Positions 16,566-25,531 of a stretch of DNA of 64,000 nucleotides are shown here, piece after piece; position 1 is the stretch's first letter; every line of letters starts with the position of its first letter. The notes under the pieces are model-generated. The model was not told the origin of the DNA, made no database searches, and saw only the letters and a list, made by a program, of their open reading frames with translations. A program made the position numbers and the translations under genes. The stretch comes from Thermoplasmata archaeon (GTDB lineage Archaea; Thermoplasmatota; Thermoplasmata; Lutacidiplasmatales; UBA184): positions 101,600-165,599 of the forward strand of contig JAGWLG010000002.1 of assembly GCA_028864975.1 (NCBI GenBank), read 5' to 3'.

Positions 16566-17655
16566 GGTTCCCCAGCAGGCTCGCGGCCTTCACGCCCGTG
16601 ATGATGAGGAGCACCTTGATGGTGTTCTCCAGCTCGGGCGAGGTGTCGATCGTGCATCCCCAGATGATCCTGGCGCGCTTGGAGATCTTGGAGCCTACGA
16701 GGGCCGCCGCCTTCTCCGCCTCGCTCACGGTCATGCTGGGTCCGCCGACGACGCGGACCAGGGCGCCGGTCGCGTCCTTGAGGTCGACATCGCCCAGGAG
16801 CGGCGAGGTGAGGGCCTCGGTGACCGCCTCGGTCACCCGGTCCGTCGCGCTCTCGCTCTCCCCGAGCCCGATCAACGCGACCCCGCCATCCTTCATGATG
16901 GTCAGGAGGTCCGCGTAGTCCAGGTTCACGAGGCCGGGCCGGGTCACGATCTCCGTGATCCCCTTGATGGCGGTCATCAGGACCGCGTCGGCGAGCTTGA
17001 ACGCCGCGTCCAAGGGCATCCGGGGGACGAGCTCCAAGAGCTTGTCGTTCTGGATGACGATGGTCGTGTCGCACACCCGGCGCAGGCGCTCGAGCCCGTC
17101 GCGGGCCTGCTCCATCCGGACCGCGCCTTCGGCCGAGAACGGCAGGGTCGTGACCCCCATGGTGAGGGCCCCCAGCTCCTTCGAGATGCGGCCGACCACG
17201 TGGGCCGAGCCCGTCCCCGTCCCTCCGCCCATTCCGGCGGTGACGAAGACGATGTGGGCCCCCTGCAGGAAGTTGCGGAGGTCCTCCTCGTTCTCGCGAG
17301 CGGCCTCCTCTCCCACCTCGGGTCGGGCCCCGGCGCCCAGGCCCTTCGTGGCCCGGCGGCCGATCAAGACCTTGCGGGGGGCATGGATGGTCAAGAGGTG
17401 CTTGGCATCCGTGTTGATGGCGCACATCTCCGCGCCCTGGATACCTTCCTCGACACAGCGGTTGATGGTGTTCGACCCACCGCCGCCGCAGCCGACGATG
17501 CGGATGTTGACCTTGAGCTGCTCGGCGAGCTTGGCAAGCTCCTCGTCGTCCGCGCTCACGGGGGTATGCGCCGGAGAGGGGCTCGCCGCCTGTCGCTCTT
17601 CGTTGGCCTTCGTTTCTTGGTGCTTCGCAATCGCTTCTTGGATGATGGACTTCAT
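16513..17655 (-). CDS. ftsZ: Cell division GTPase FtsZ
   Basis: GCGGGGSNTINR and the tubulin signature GMGGGTGTGSA, within a full FtsZ fold-length protein. Confidence 0.95.
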   Translation of the reverse strand: MKSIIQEAIAKHQETKANEERQAASPSPAHTPVSADDEELAKLAEQLKVNIRIVGCGGGGSNTINRCVEEGIQGAEMCAINTDAKHLLTIHAPRKVLIGRRATKGLGAGARPEVGEEAARENEEDLRNFLQGAHIVFVTAGMGGGTGTGSAHVVGRISKELGALTMGVTTLPFSAEGAVRMEQARDGLERLRRVCDTTIVIQNDKLLELVPRMPLDAAFKLADAVLMTAIKGITEIVTRPGLVNLDYADLLTIMKDGGVALIGLGESESATDRVTEAVTEALTSPLLGDVDLKDATGALVRVVGGPSMTVSEAEKAAALVGSKISKRARIIWGCTIDTSPELENTIKVLLIITGVKAASLLGNRGGYAQGETSGGIDQVS

Positions 17656-17676
17656 GCTCTCGCCCCGATTGGATTT

Positions 17677-17706
17677 GTCTGCCGAGCGTCAGACGCTCGC
17701 GCAGAC
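17677..17706. other. 30-nt near-perfect palindrome between the upstream membrane-protein gene and ftsZ
   Basis: GTCTGCCGAGCGTC A GACGCTCG(C)GCAGAC has 14-bp arms with one bulged C. It lies 14 nt after the upstream stop and 22 nt before the ftsZ ATG. Confidence 0.35.
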
Positions 17707-17720
17707 TATTCCCAGGTTCT

Positions 17721-19025
17721 CTATTTAGACGTTGCGCTCGAGCTGTCGATTTCTACGTCTGGGGGTTTCGTCTTCCCTTCGTCTGACGATTCTCCCTCTT
17801 CTAGCCTTCCCTCCACCGTCAGCGCGGTGGCGCTCTTCGAAGGCGTTCCATCTCCCTCGCCCTCGAGGGGTAGAGGGCTCTCCACCTTTTCGGGAGGTCC
17901 GGTTCCAGTCGCAGGCACGGGGGGCGTTTCCGGCGAGAGCGGGGGTCCTCCCTCCGGGGAGGGGGGAGGAGGGCGTGGCATCCGGGTCACGACCCAAAGG
18001 GTGGTCCCAACGATCACGAGAATGAACCCGGTCCAGCCGGACGGGACCGTGGCCGCGCCGAGGGCCACCGTGCCCGCAGGGATGTCCCCGGAGGTGTAGT
18101 TGACCCAGACCGAGGCAGGGCCGCTCGAGGTGCCCGGGTACGTGATCCAGACGATGAAGACCCCTCCACCGTTCTGGAGCGAGAAGGGAAGGAAACCGGG
18201 GACCTGGGCGCTTCCCGCCAGCACGCTCGCGCTCACGGGATTCCCGTTGTGGTCCAGATACGTGGCCGCGACCCCCGCCGTCGAGTTCGAGGCGGCGATC
18301 AGGAGGTAGAGCTCGTCCCCGGGGGCTCCGGTCGTCGTGAAGTTGTACGACCCCCCCGGGGCGAGCACCTCGGTGTGGTCGAGCTTGACCCCTGCTATGG
18401 GGGCGACGGCAGGGGAGCCGTTGTATGAGACGTAGAGCCCAAAGGCCAGCAGCAGCAGCACGATGCCCAGAAGGCTGGCGTTCCGGCTCCAACGGTGCAC
18501 TCGACGCAGCCGACGCTTGCGCTTCTCGGCGGCGGGGTGGCCCACCATCAGGAAAAGGACGAGGGCGATCACCGCCCCTCCCAGCGTCGTAGGGGAGGTG
18601 AGTCCCACCGCTCCGCCTACGAAGTACGCGGTGAAACCGCCCGCCGCCGTCAGGAGCAGGAGCGGGGAGGTGCGCATGGTGCGCCGCTCGAGCCCCGCGA
18701 CGAAGAGGAGGAGGGGGGGGACCTCGAGGATGCCCGCGATCAAGGAGGTCGCGCCGGCGATGGGAAGCGCGGACCCGAGCCGCCAAAGTCGCGCCCCGGT
18801 GCCGAGGAAGAGCGCCAGGGAGAGGGCGAACGCGACGATGACCGCGATGCGACGCGGTTGGACCCACTCCTCCCCCTGCGGGCGCCGCTCGGCAGGGGGC
18901 GCTCTTGCCTCCGCCGCCGAAGACGCCGAGGCCTGGGCGGCGTCGAGCGGGGATGCCCGGTCCGCCTCGGAAGCGGCGGGCGGACCGCCGAGGCTTTCCC
19001 CCTCGGATGGGATCGCTTCGGTCAT
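17721..19025 (-). CDS. Membrane protein with extracytoplasmic beta-rich domain and Pro-rich C-terminal tail (hypothetical)
   Basis: Acidic/Ala-rich N-terminus, 4-5 TM helices, a ~150-aa Gly/Ser/Thr/Asn-rich domain, a further TM (WTGFILVIVGTTLWVV), then PRPPPPSPEGGPP. No family recognised. Confidence 0.55.
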   Translation of the reverse strand: MTEAIPSEGESLGGPPAASEADRASPLDAAQASASSAAEARAPPAERRPQGEEWVQPRRIAVIVAFALSLALFLGTGARLWRLGSALPIAGATSLIAGILEVPPLLLFVAGLERRTMRTSPLLLLTAAGGFTAYFVGGAVGLTSPTTLGGAVIALVLFLMVGHPAAEKRKRRLRRVHRWSRNASLLGIVLLLLAFGLYVSYNGSPAVAPIAGVKLDHTEVLAPGGSYNFTTTGAPGDELYLLIAASNSTAGVAATYLDHNGNPVSASVLAGSAQVPGFLPFSLQNGGGVFIVWITYPGTSSGPASVWVNYTSGDIPAGTVALGAATVPSGWTGFILVIVGTTLWVVTRMPRPPPPSPEGGPPLSPETPPVPATGTGPPEKVESPLPLEGEGDGTPSKSATALTVEGRLEEGESSDEGKTKPPDVEIDSSSATSK

Positions 19026-19138
19026 CGTGCCCTGCCCCTCGTGCAGCGCCGAAGGGGAGGCGGGCTTACGCCTTGCGTGTCGCTCTCACGGACCCATGGT
19101 CGGTCTTCCGGCGACGGTGACGGAGCCCGACGCTCGGC

Positions 19139-19146
19139 CTTTATGC
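19139..19146 (+). promoter_or_regulatory. TATA-like box (CTTTATGC) upstream of the polD large subunit gene
   Basis: Centre lies about 38 nt upstream of TTG 19180. Confidence 0.25.
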
Positions 19147-19179
19147 TCGCGCCAGCGGTGGAGAGCCTGAGGCCGCGGC

Positions 19180-22100
19180 TTGGAAGAATACTTCCGTCAC
19201 CTCGACGAGGAGGTCACCCGTGCCTACGAGGTGGCCACGCGGGCCCGCGCCCTCGGGATCGACCCCGAGCCGCGGGTGGAGATCCCCCGGGCGCAGGACC
19301 TCGCCTCTCGGGTCGAGAAGCTCCTCGCGAAATGGCCGGTCTCGGGGGTCGCGGTCCGCATCCGCGAGCTCTCCGCCCAGACCCCGAAGATCTCCCGGGA
19401 GGAGGTCGCGATCACCCTGGCGCAGGAGATGGCCGGGGACGCCTCGCGCGGAAGCGTCGCCGAACGTCTCGAGGTCTCCCTGCGCGTCGGGCTCGCCATC
19501 CTGACGGAAGGGATCGTCGTGGCCCCGCTCGAAGGGCTTGTCAAGGTCGAGGTCCACCCCGATCCCCAGGGAGACTACGTTGACCTCTACTACGCGGGCC
19601 CAATCCGCGCCGCTGGGGGGGGCGCTCAGGCGGTCTCGGTCCTCCTCGCGGACGTGGTCCGCGAGAAGCTCGGGCTCTCGCGTTGGCATGCGACGGAGCA
19701 GGAGATCTCCCGCTACTGCGAGGAGTTGCCGCTCTACAAGCACCTCCAACATCTGCAGTACTCCCCCTCGGTGGAGGAGATCCGGACCGTCGTCTCCCGG
19801 CTCCCGGTCTGTATCGACGGGGAAGCGACCGAAGGCGACCAGGAGGTCAGCGCCTTCCGCAACGTCCCCCGCGTGGGCACGAACGGCGTGCGGGGCGGGG
19901 CTTGCCTGGTGATCGCCGAGGGGCTCTGTCTCAAGGCCCCCAAAGTGAGAAAGATCGTGGACAACCTCCGAAAGAAGGGGCTCTCCCTCTCGGACTGGGA
20001 CTTCCTCGACAAGGTGGGCCTGAAGGGGGCGAAGGAGGACGACGAAGGGAAGGGTTCCTTGCCCAAGTACCTCGCCGAAGCGGTGGGCGGACGCCCGGTC
20101 CTGGCCTACCCGCACCGTCCCGGGGGGTTCCGGCTCGTCTACGGACGCTGCCGGACCACCGGCCTCGCCTCCTGTGGCGTGAACCCCGCCACGATGGTCC
20201 TGCTGAGACACTTCGTCGCGATCGGCACCCAGGTGAAGACGGAGCTGCCGGGAAAGGCCGCGGCGATCTCCCTCTGCGACACGGTCGAGGGGCCGCTCGT
20301 CCTGCTTCGCGACGGCACTTACCTCCAGGTGAACGACGCCGAGCGGGCGAAGGAGGTCCTCCCAGAGGTGGACAGGATCCTCGACCTGGGTGAGCTCCTG
20401 GTCTCCTTCGGGGAGTTCCTCGAGAACAATCGCCCCCTCGCACCGGGCGGCTACTCCCTCGCCTGGCACTTGGAGGTGCTACGGGCGAAGGGGGCGACCC
20501 TCGACCGCCGTGCCCTCGCGCCCACCTTCCCCGAAGCGCTCGAGGACGCGAAGCAGCTCCAAGTTCCCCTTCACCCTCGGTTCAATCTCTTCTGGCACGA
20601 CCTCTCAGCGGAAGCGCTTCGGGCGCTCTCCCGCCGGGTGGAGGACCAGAGCGCCTGGTCCGGGGGTACCCTCCACCTCCCGATGGACCCCTCGTTGAGG
20701 GAGGAGCTTCTGGTCTTGGGCCTCCCTCATCACGTCGAGGGGGGCTCGCTCGTCCTCGACCCCGAGCGGGCCCCCGCTTTCCTCCTGGGCCTCGGGCTGG
20801 AGGTCGTCCCCTCGAACGGCGAGCTGCACCGGCGAGCCCCCCTGGAAGGAGGGGCGGCCGACACCATGGCCGAGGTCGTCCGGCTCTCGGGGGTCGCGTG
20901 GAAGCCCCGAGCTCCCACCCGTATCGGTGCCCGCGTAGGAAGACCGGAGAAGGCCTACCAACGGGTCATGTCGCCGAACGTGCACGTTCTCTTCCCTGTG
21001 GGGGAAGCGGGAGGTGCCAAACGATCGGTCCTGGCGGCGGCGGACCGGGCTCGTGAGGCTGCGCGTCCGAGCTACCCTCGCAACCACCCTTCGCGCCCTT
21101 CGTCCGCCGCCTCCCCGCCCGCACCCCCGCCCTCCCTCTCTGTCGCGCTGGGGATCCGGCGTTGTGAGCAATGTGGTCAGGAGGTCATCTCCAACCGTTG
21201 CGCGTGCGGGGGACACACCCGGCCGACGGAGCGCTCGGTCGCCGAGCCCGTACCTTTCCATGAGCTCTGGGAGCGTTCCCTGCGCGCTCTAGGGTTCTCG
21301 AAGTTCCCGCGGGACGTCAAGGGGGTCAAGGGCCTCATGTCGGAGAGCAAGACCCCGGAACCGCTCGAGAAGGGGGTCCTCCGGGCCCTCCACAACATTT
21401 CCGTCTACCAGGATGGAACGACACGGTTCGACCTCACGGACCTTCCGCTGACGCACTTCCGTCCCTGCGAAGTGGGGCTCCCGTTGGCGAAGGCCCATGC
21501 GCTCGGCTACACCCACGACTGGACCGGTGCGCCCCTGGAGCGGGTGGACCAGCTCCTGGAGGTCCTTCCGCACGACATCATCGTCGCGAAGAGCTGCGGC
21601 GACTATCTGCTCGCCCTTTCGCACTTCCTGGACGACGAGCTCCACCTCCTCTACGGGATGGACCCCTACTACCGGGGCCAGAACCGCTACGACCTCCTGG
21701 GGAGCCTCGTGATCGCCCTCGCACCGCACACGTCGGGCGGCGTGTTGGGCCGGCTCATCGGGTTCACCGACGTCGAGGGATGCTTCGCCCATCCGGTCTT
21801 CCACGCCGCGAAGCGAAGGAACTGCGACGGGGACGAGGACTCGGTCACGCTCTTGCTCGACGGTCTCCTCAACTTCTCCTTCGCCTACCTTCCCGTCAAG
21901 CGGGGGGCGCTCATGGACAAGCCCCTCGTGCTCACGACCCGGCTCGACTCCCGGGAAGTGGACAAGGAGGCGCAGAACGTCGACGTGGCCTGTTCCTACC
22001 CGCTCGCGCTCTACGAGGCCGCCGAGCAAGGCGCCTCCCCCAAGGCCGTCGAGTCGCTCATCGACACGCTGGGAAAGCGCCTGGAGAAGGGCCCGTTGCA

Positions 22101-22674
22101 GTTCTCCCGGATGGGGTTCACGCACGACACCGCGGACATCGGGGCAGGACCCCGCCAGTCCGCTTACCGCGAGGCCCGAGGGATGGAGCGCACCGTGGAG
22201 GAGACCCTCCTCTTGGGCGCCCAGCTACGGGCGGTGGACGTGTCGGACGCGGTGGGGCTCCTGCTCAACCACCACTTCCTCCCCGACATCATGGGCAACA
22301 TGAAGAGCTACGCCACGCAGAGGTTCCGCTGCAAGGTCTGCGGAAGCTCTCTTCGCCGCCCCGCCTTGGATGGGCGCTGCCCGGAGCTGAGAGGGAAAGC
22401 CCGGTGCGGTGGTGAGCTCCTTCCGACGGTCTACCCCAGCAACGTCACCAAGTACCTGGGACTCTCCCGCGACCTCGCCAAGCGCTACGGGGTCTCGCCC
22501 TATCTCCGCCAGCGGGTCGAGATCCTCGAGTCCTCCTTCGCGAGCCTGTTCCCCACCTCTCCGGGGGCGGTGGGGCTGGAGGAATTCCACGCCCCCGACC
22601 GGCCGACCCCGCCCCCTCCCCCGGAAGAGGAGCCCCCGTCGGAGCCTCCTCCCCCCTCCGCGCCAGCGGCGTGA
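19180..22674 (+). CDS. polC: DNA polymerase II (PolD) large subunit DP2
   Basis: The N-terminus YFRHLDEEVTRAYEVATRARALGIDPEPRVEIPRAQDLASRVE is typical of DP2. Zn modules are CEQCGQEVISNRCACGG and CKVCGSSLRRPALDGRCPELRGKARCGG. 1164 aa, no intein. Confidence 0.95.
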   Translation: MEEYFRHLDEEVTRAYEVATRARALGIDPEPRVEIPRAQDLASRVEKLLAKWPVSGVAVRIRELSAQTPKISREEVAITLAQEMAGDASRGSVAERLEVSLRVGLAILTEGIVVAPLEGLVKVEVHPDPQGDYVDLYYAGPIRAAGGGAQAVSVLLADVVREKLGLSRWHATEQEISRYCEELPLYKHLQHLQYSPSVEEIRTVVSRLPVCIDGEATEGDQEVSAFRNVPRVGTNGVRGGACLVIAEGLCLKAPKVRKIVDNLRKKGLSLSDWDFLDKVGLKGAKEDDEGKGSLPKYLAEAVGGRPVLAYPHRPGGFRLVYGRCRTTGLASCGVNPATMVLLRHFVAIGTQVKTELPGKAAAISLCDTVEGPLVLLRDGTYLQVNDAERAKEVLPEVDRILDLGELLVSFGEFLENNRPLAPGGYSLAWHLEVLRAKGATLDRRALAPTFPEALEDAKQLQVPLHPRFNLFWHDLSAEALRALSRRVEDQSAWSGGTLHLPMDPSLREELLVLGLPHHVEGGSLVLDPERAPAFLLGLGLEVVPSNGELHRRAPLEGGAADTMAEVVRLSGVAWKPRAPTRIGARVGRPEKAYQRVMSPNVHVLFPVGEAGGAKRSVLAAADRAREAARPSYPRNHPSRPSSAASPPAPPPSLSVALGIRRCEQCGQEVISNRCACGGHTRPTERSVAEPVPFHELWERSLRALGFSKFPRDVKGVKGLMSESKTPEPLEKGVLRALHNISVYQDGTTRFDLTDLPLTHFRPCEVGLPLAKAHALGYTHDWTGAPLERVDQLLEVLPHDIIVAKSCGDYLLALSHFLDDELHLLYGMDPYYRGQNRYDLLGSLVIALAPHTSGGVLGRLIGFTDVEGCFAHPVFHAAKRRNCDGDEDSVTLLLDGLLNFSFAYLPVKRGALMDKPLVLTTRLDSREVDKEAQNVDVACSYPLALYEAAEQGASPKAVESLIDTLGKRLEKGPLQFSRMGFTHDTADIGAGPRQSAYREARGMERTVEETLLLGAQLRAVDVSDAVGLLLNHHFLPDIMGNMKSYATQRFRCKVCGSSLRRPALDGRCPELRGKARCGGELLPTVYPSNVTKYLGLSRDLAKRYGVSPYLRQRVEILESSFASLFPTSPGAVGLEEFHAPDRPTPPPPPEEEPPSEPPPPSAPAA

Positions 22675-22695
22675 GGGCAGGGCGCCCACCCCAGC

Positions 22696-23664
22696 CTACT
22701 TCAGCAGCTGCCGGAGCAGTGTGGGGAGGCGTGCCGCGAAGTCGGGAGGGTAGTCGTGCCCGAGCCCGGGCACGAGGTCGAGGCGACAGTCGACTCCTCC
22801 GTCGACCAACTTGTCCTGCAAGGTCTCGGTCGCACCTCGAGAGGGATCGGCCGTCCCCGTGACCAGCACCCCCTTGAGGTCGGGGGACAGGGGCCGCGCG
22901 GCCAGGTCGACGAGAGTTTCCCCCCCCTCGAGCGCAACAGCCCTCGTCGGGGCGACCGCGAGGAATCCGATGGCCGGAAGGGTTTGTTGCAGGGTCGCGT
23001 GCACCGCGAGGGCTGCTCCCTGGGAGTAACCTGCCAGCACGAGCGGGACGTTCGGGGACTCTCTCGGAAGGTCGAGGGTGACCGAGCGCAGGTCATCCAA
23101 GGCCCGAGGTACATCATCCCACCGATAGCGTTGGGACGACCAGGGTTGCGAGGATTGGACGAGCGCGACTCGGAAGCCCTCTTCCGCGGCGCGTCCCCAG
23201 ATGGGCTCGGCAGCGCGAGCGTTCTGTCCCCGACCGTGAAGGACGATGAGCCAAGGGGGCGGACGGTCCGGCGGGCTCTTGGGGATCGAAGGCATGACGA
23301 GGAGGTGGGACGGTCGCCGGGTCTCCCCTTCGGCCCGCGCCTGGAGCTCTCCCGCCCTCTTCCGGACACGGTCGAACTCCGGGAGACCCTGGAGAGGTCC
23401 CAGGAAGTTCCCGTACATCTCGAACCACTGGGGCGGCCACCAAAGGCCTCGGTCCAGGGATTCCTCCAGTTCGCGGACCGCTCCCGCGTGGTCCCCACGT
23501 TGAACACGAGCGATCGCGACGGTCATGGCCGCATCGTCGCTCTGGTCGGGGAAGGCCGCGGCGATCTCACGGGCGGCCGCCTCCAGAGCGACGAAGTCTC
23601 CCCGAGCGAAAGCGAGGTTCTGCCGCTCCTCCAGGGCTCGGAAGTCGGTGTTCCCCTCGGTCAT
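22696..23664 (-). CDS. Alpha/beta hydrolase (phospholipase/carboxylesterase-like) with N-terminal helical repeat region
   Basis: LIVLHGRGQNA and the nucleophile elbow LAGYSQGAA. C-terminal GLGHDYP (His of the triad). Confidence 0.7.
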   Translation of the reverse strand: MTEGNTDFRALEERQNLAFARGDFVALEAAAREIAAAFPDQSDDAAMTVAIARVQRGDHAGAVRELEESLDRGLWWPPQWFEMYGNFLGPLQGLPEFDRVRKRAGELQARAEGETRRPSHLLVMPSIPKSPPDRPPPWLIVLHGRGQNARAAEPIWGRAAEEGFRVALVQSSQPWSSQRYRWDDVPRALDDLRSVTLDLPRESPNVPLVLAGYSQGAALAVHATLQQTLPAIGFLAVAPTRAVALEGGETLVDLAARPLSPDLKGVLVTGTADPSRGATETLQDKLVDGGVDCRLDLVPGLGHDYPPDFAARLPTLLRQLLK

Positions 23665-23820
23665 GATGCACGCTCGGCGGTCGGCTCCTGGGATGCGTCC
23701 CGGACCCCGCTTCGTCTTGAAAGGCGTTCCGACCGGTCCCTCGGCGCCATGACGTCGTGGTTGTGGGCCCTCGTCGCCGCGAACAGAATCCCTAAGTCCT
23801 CCGGGAAGGCTGCGCCTCGC

Positions 23821-23930
23821 GGGCTCGTGGGGTAGTCTGGACTATCCTGATGGCCTTCGGAGCCATCGACCCGGGTTCGAAGCTCATCGGCCGCTAAGGG
23901 CGACCATGAGAGAGAATCCCGGCGAGCCCG
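23821..23930 (+). tRNA. tRNA-Arg (anticodon TCG) with a ~35-nt insert in the T-loop
   Basis: Acceptor GGGCTCG/CGAGCCC. Anticodon arm ATGGC-CTTCGGA-GCCAT. T stem CCGGG/CCCGG. T-loop TTCGAA|35 nt (23882-23916)|T. The mature form would be 75 nt. See findings. Confidence 0.75.
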
Positions 23931-23956
23931 CTCGCTCCCGCTCGGGCCCGCGGGCC

Positions 23957-25483
23957 CTAGCTCGCGCCCTTCCTCAGGGTCAGGACGGACTCTCTTAGGA
24001 GGAAGTCCCTACGTTGCCCCGAGCGACGGACGCGGGCGACCTCGAACTTCTCGACCTCGAACCCCGCACGTACCGCAAGCCGACCGAAGAGCAGGTCTCC
24101 AGGAACGTAGCTACCGGCCATCCAACTGTCCCCGTTGACGACCACGAACTTCCCGCCGGGGCGTAGCGCGCGGTGGACCGCCACGATCACCGGGACCAGG
24201 TCGTCGAAGTACTTCGCGACGATCTCCGCCATGTCGCGTCGGCGATAGACGGTCTTGGATGCGATGTTCTCCTCGATCTGCCCCAGGGCGTGGGAAAGCC
24301 AGCCATCCTCCTTCACCCAACGTCCCGCTTCATGCGCGCTGATCACGCTGGGGGAGACGTTGTCGCAGGCCACCATGTCCGATTTTAGCCGCGCGAGGTC
24401 CTCGTAGCTGCGGACCTGGCCGAGCCACGCCATCTCGAGCTTGTAGTTCATCACATAGTCCATCCCGTTGACGTAGGGCGGGCTGGTGATCGCCAGGTCG
24501 ACGCTCGCCTCAGGGAGGTCGAGCTGCTTCGAGTTCTCTTCGAGGACTTGGGCCGGCGGTCCAAACCGCCCCCTTTGCGGCTTGAGCCACGTGAGGTCGG
24601 TCGCGATGAGCTCCGCCATCCCAAGGAAGCGCTGGTAAGGGGTCTCGGCGCCCACCTCGGGCTTGCGCGCGTACCCCAGGCAGGGCGAGCGCTTGAGCCG
24701 GCTCGAAGCGACGAGCACCCCCGCGAACGCGAGCTCGAGCAGAGAGCGGACCTCGCCCGCCGGTAGCCTCTCGAGCTCCGCGCGCATCCGAAGGAGGGAA
24801 TCGAGAGCTCCCGGGGCGAACTGTCGAGAGGTCTCTCGAAGGAACGGAGGGGGAGCTGGGGTCCCCCGTCGCGCGCGGACAACGAGCTTACGAGCGGCAG
24901 AACGGACCCTTGAGGGAGCCGCCGTCCAGAGGTGCTTGGCGCGAATGACCATGGCGGCCACTGGCATGAGCTCGGAGGCGATCGTCTGGGCTCCCCGGAG
25001 CCGCGCCTCCACGCTGACCGTGCCCGATCCTGCGAAGGGGTCAAGAACGACCTTCCCCGGGCCGATGTCGAAGGCTTCGCAAGTGCGACGGACGAACTCG
25101 GCACTGAATCCCTGAACGTAGGGCCACCACCGATGGACCGGAAGCTCCTCGTTCGGGTTGAACTGGATCTCCCCCTGGAACGGGTCTGGGCCAGGAAGCT
25201 CGAAGCCCTTCAGGAAGCGGTCGAGATACCAGGACGGCCCCCGAACGTCGCTCTCCTCCCCGGGCTGACCCTTGTACCGGGGAAGGATCCAGAGCCCCTT
25301 CCCGACGCGCAGTACGCGCTGCGCCTGCGAGAGCCGACGGAGGGTCGCCTCGACCTCGACGACCGGCCTCCCCGTGGTGGAGGCCAATTGCTTGGAGGTG
25401 ATCCCCAAGAGCCCCGCGTTCTCGATCGCGGAGAGCAGGGGCCTGTCGGCCGTTGACGCCACGAGCCCTTGCACGAACCCCAA
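23957..25483 (-). CDS. Amino-group (N4-C or N6-A) methyltransferase with N-terminal winged-helix domain; no partner endonuclease recognised
   Basis: Motif I VLDPFAGSGT (aa 148-155) and motif IV ITSPPYVNGMDY (aa 334-337). C-terminal RALRPGGKFVVVNGD. N-terminal wHTH-like LLGITSKQLASTTGRPVVEVEATLRRL. GTG 25474 lies 27 nt from a TATA-like ACTTTATC and may be the real, leaderless start. Confidence 0.8.
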   Translation of the reverse strand: MGFVQGLVASTADRPLLSAIENAGLLGITSKQLASTTGRPVVEVEATLRRLSQAQRVLRVGKGLWILPRYKGQPGEESDVRGPSWYLDRFLKGFELPGPDPFQGEIQFNPNEELPVHRWWPYVQGFSAEFVRRTCEAFDIGPGKVVLDPFAGSGTVSVEARLRGAQTIASELMPVAAMVIRAKHLWTAAPSRVRSAARKLVVRARRGTPAPPPFLRETSRQFAPGALDSLLRMRAELERLPAGEVRSLLELAFAGVLVASSRLKRSPCLGYARKPEVGAETPYQRFLGMAELIATDLTWLKPQRGRFGPPAQVLEENSKQLDLPEASVDLAITSPPYVNGMDYVMNYKLEMAWLGQVRSYEDLARLKSDMVACDNVSPSVISAHEAGRWVKEDGWLSHALGQIEENIASKTVYRRRDMAEIVAKYFDDLVPVIVAVHRALRPGGKFVVVNGDSWMAGSYVPGDLLFGRLAVRAGFEVEKFEVARVRRSGQRRDFLLRESVLTLRKGAS

Positions 25484-25531
25484 GGTGGTCGAAGGCCGAT
25501 AAAGTTCGTCCTTGGTCCGACGTGCGCGAGC

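Noticed and set aside
19180-22674. Possible intein in the PolD large subunit
   Set aside because: The length (1164 aa) is that of intein-free DP2. Conservation is continuous. No Cys/Ser...HN boundaries or LAGLIDADG motifs were seen.
22600-22674. Pro-rich C-terminal tails as a shared functional motif, seen in PolD, the 17721 membrane protein, the antiporter and the PH-like protein
   Set aside because: They are most simply explained by GC-rich codon bias (CCN) in unconstrained termini, and there is no common sequence pattern. Only the arrestin PPPPY is flagged, and cautiously.
23821-23881. Truncated tRNA 5' fragment as an att-site remnant of an integrated element
   Set aside because: The missing T-loop base, T-stem strand and a perfectly complementary acceptor strand lie just 35 nt downstream. 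The gene is therefore interrupted, not truncated, and I saw no duplicated tRNA 3' end nearby.
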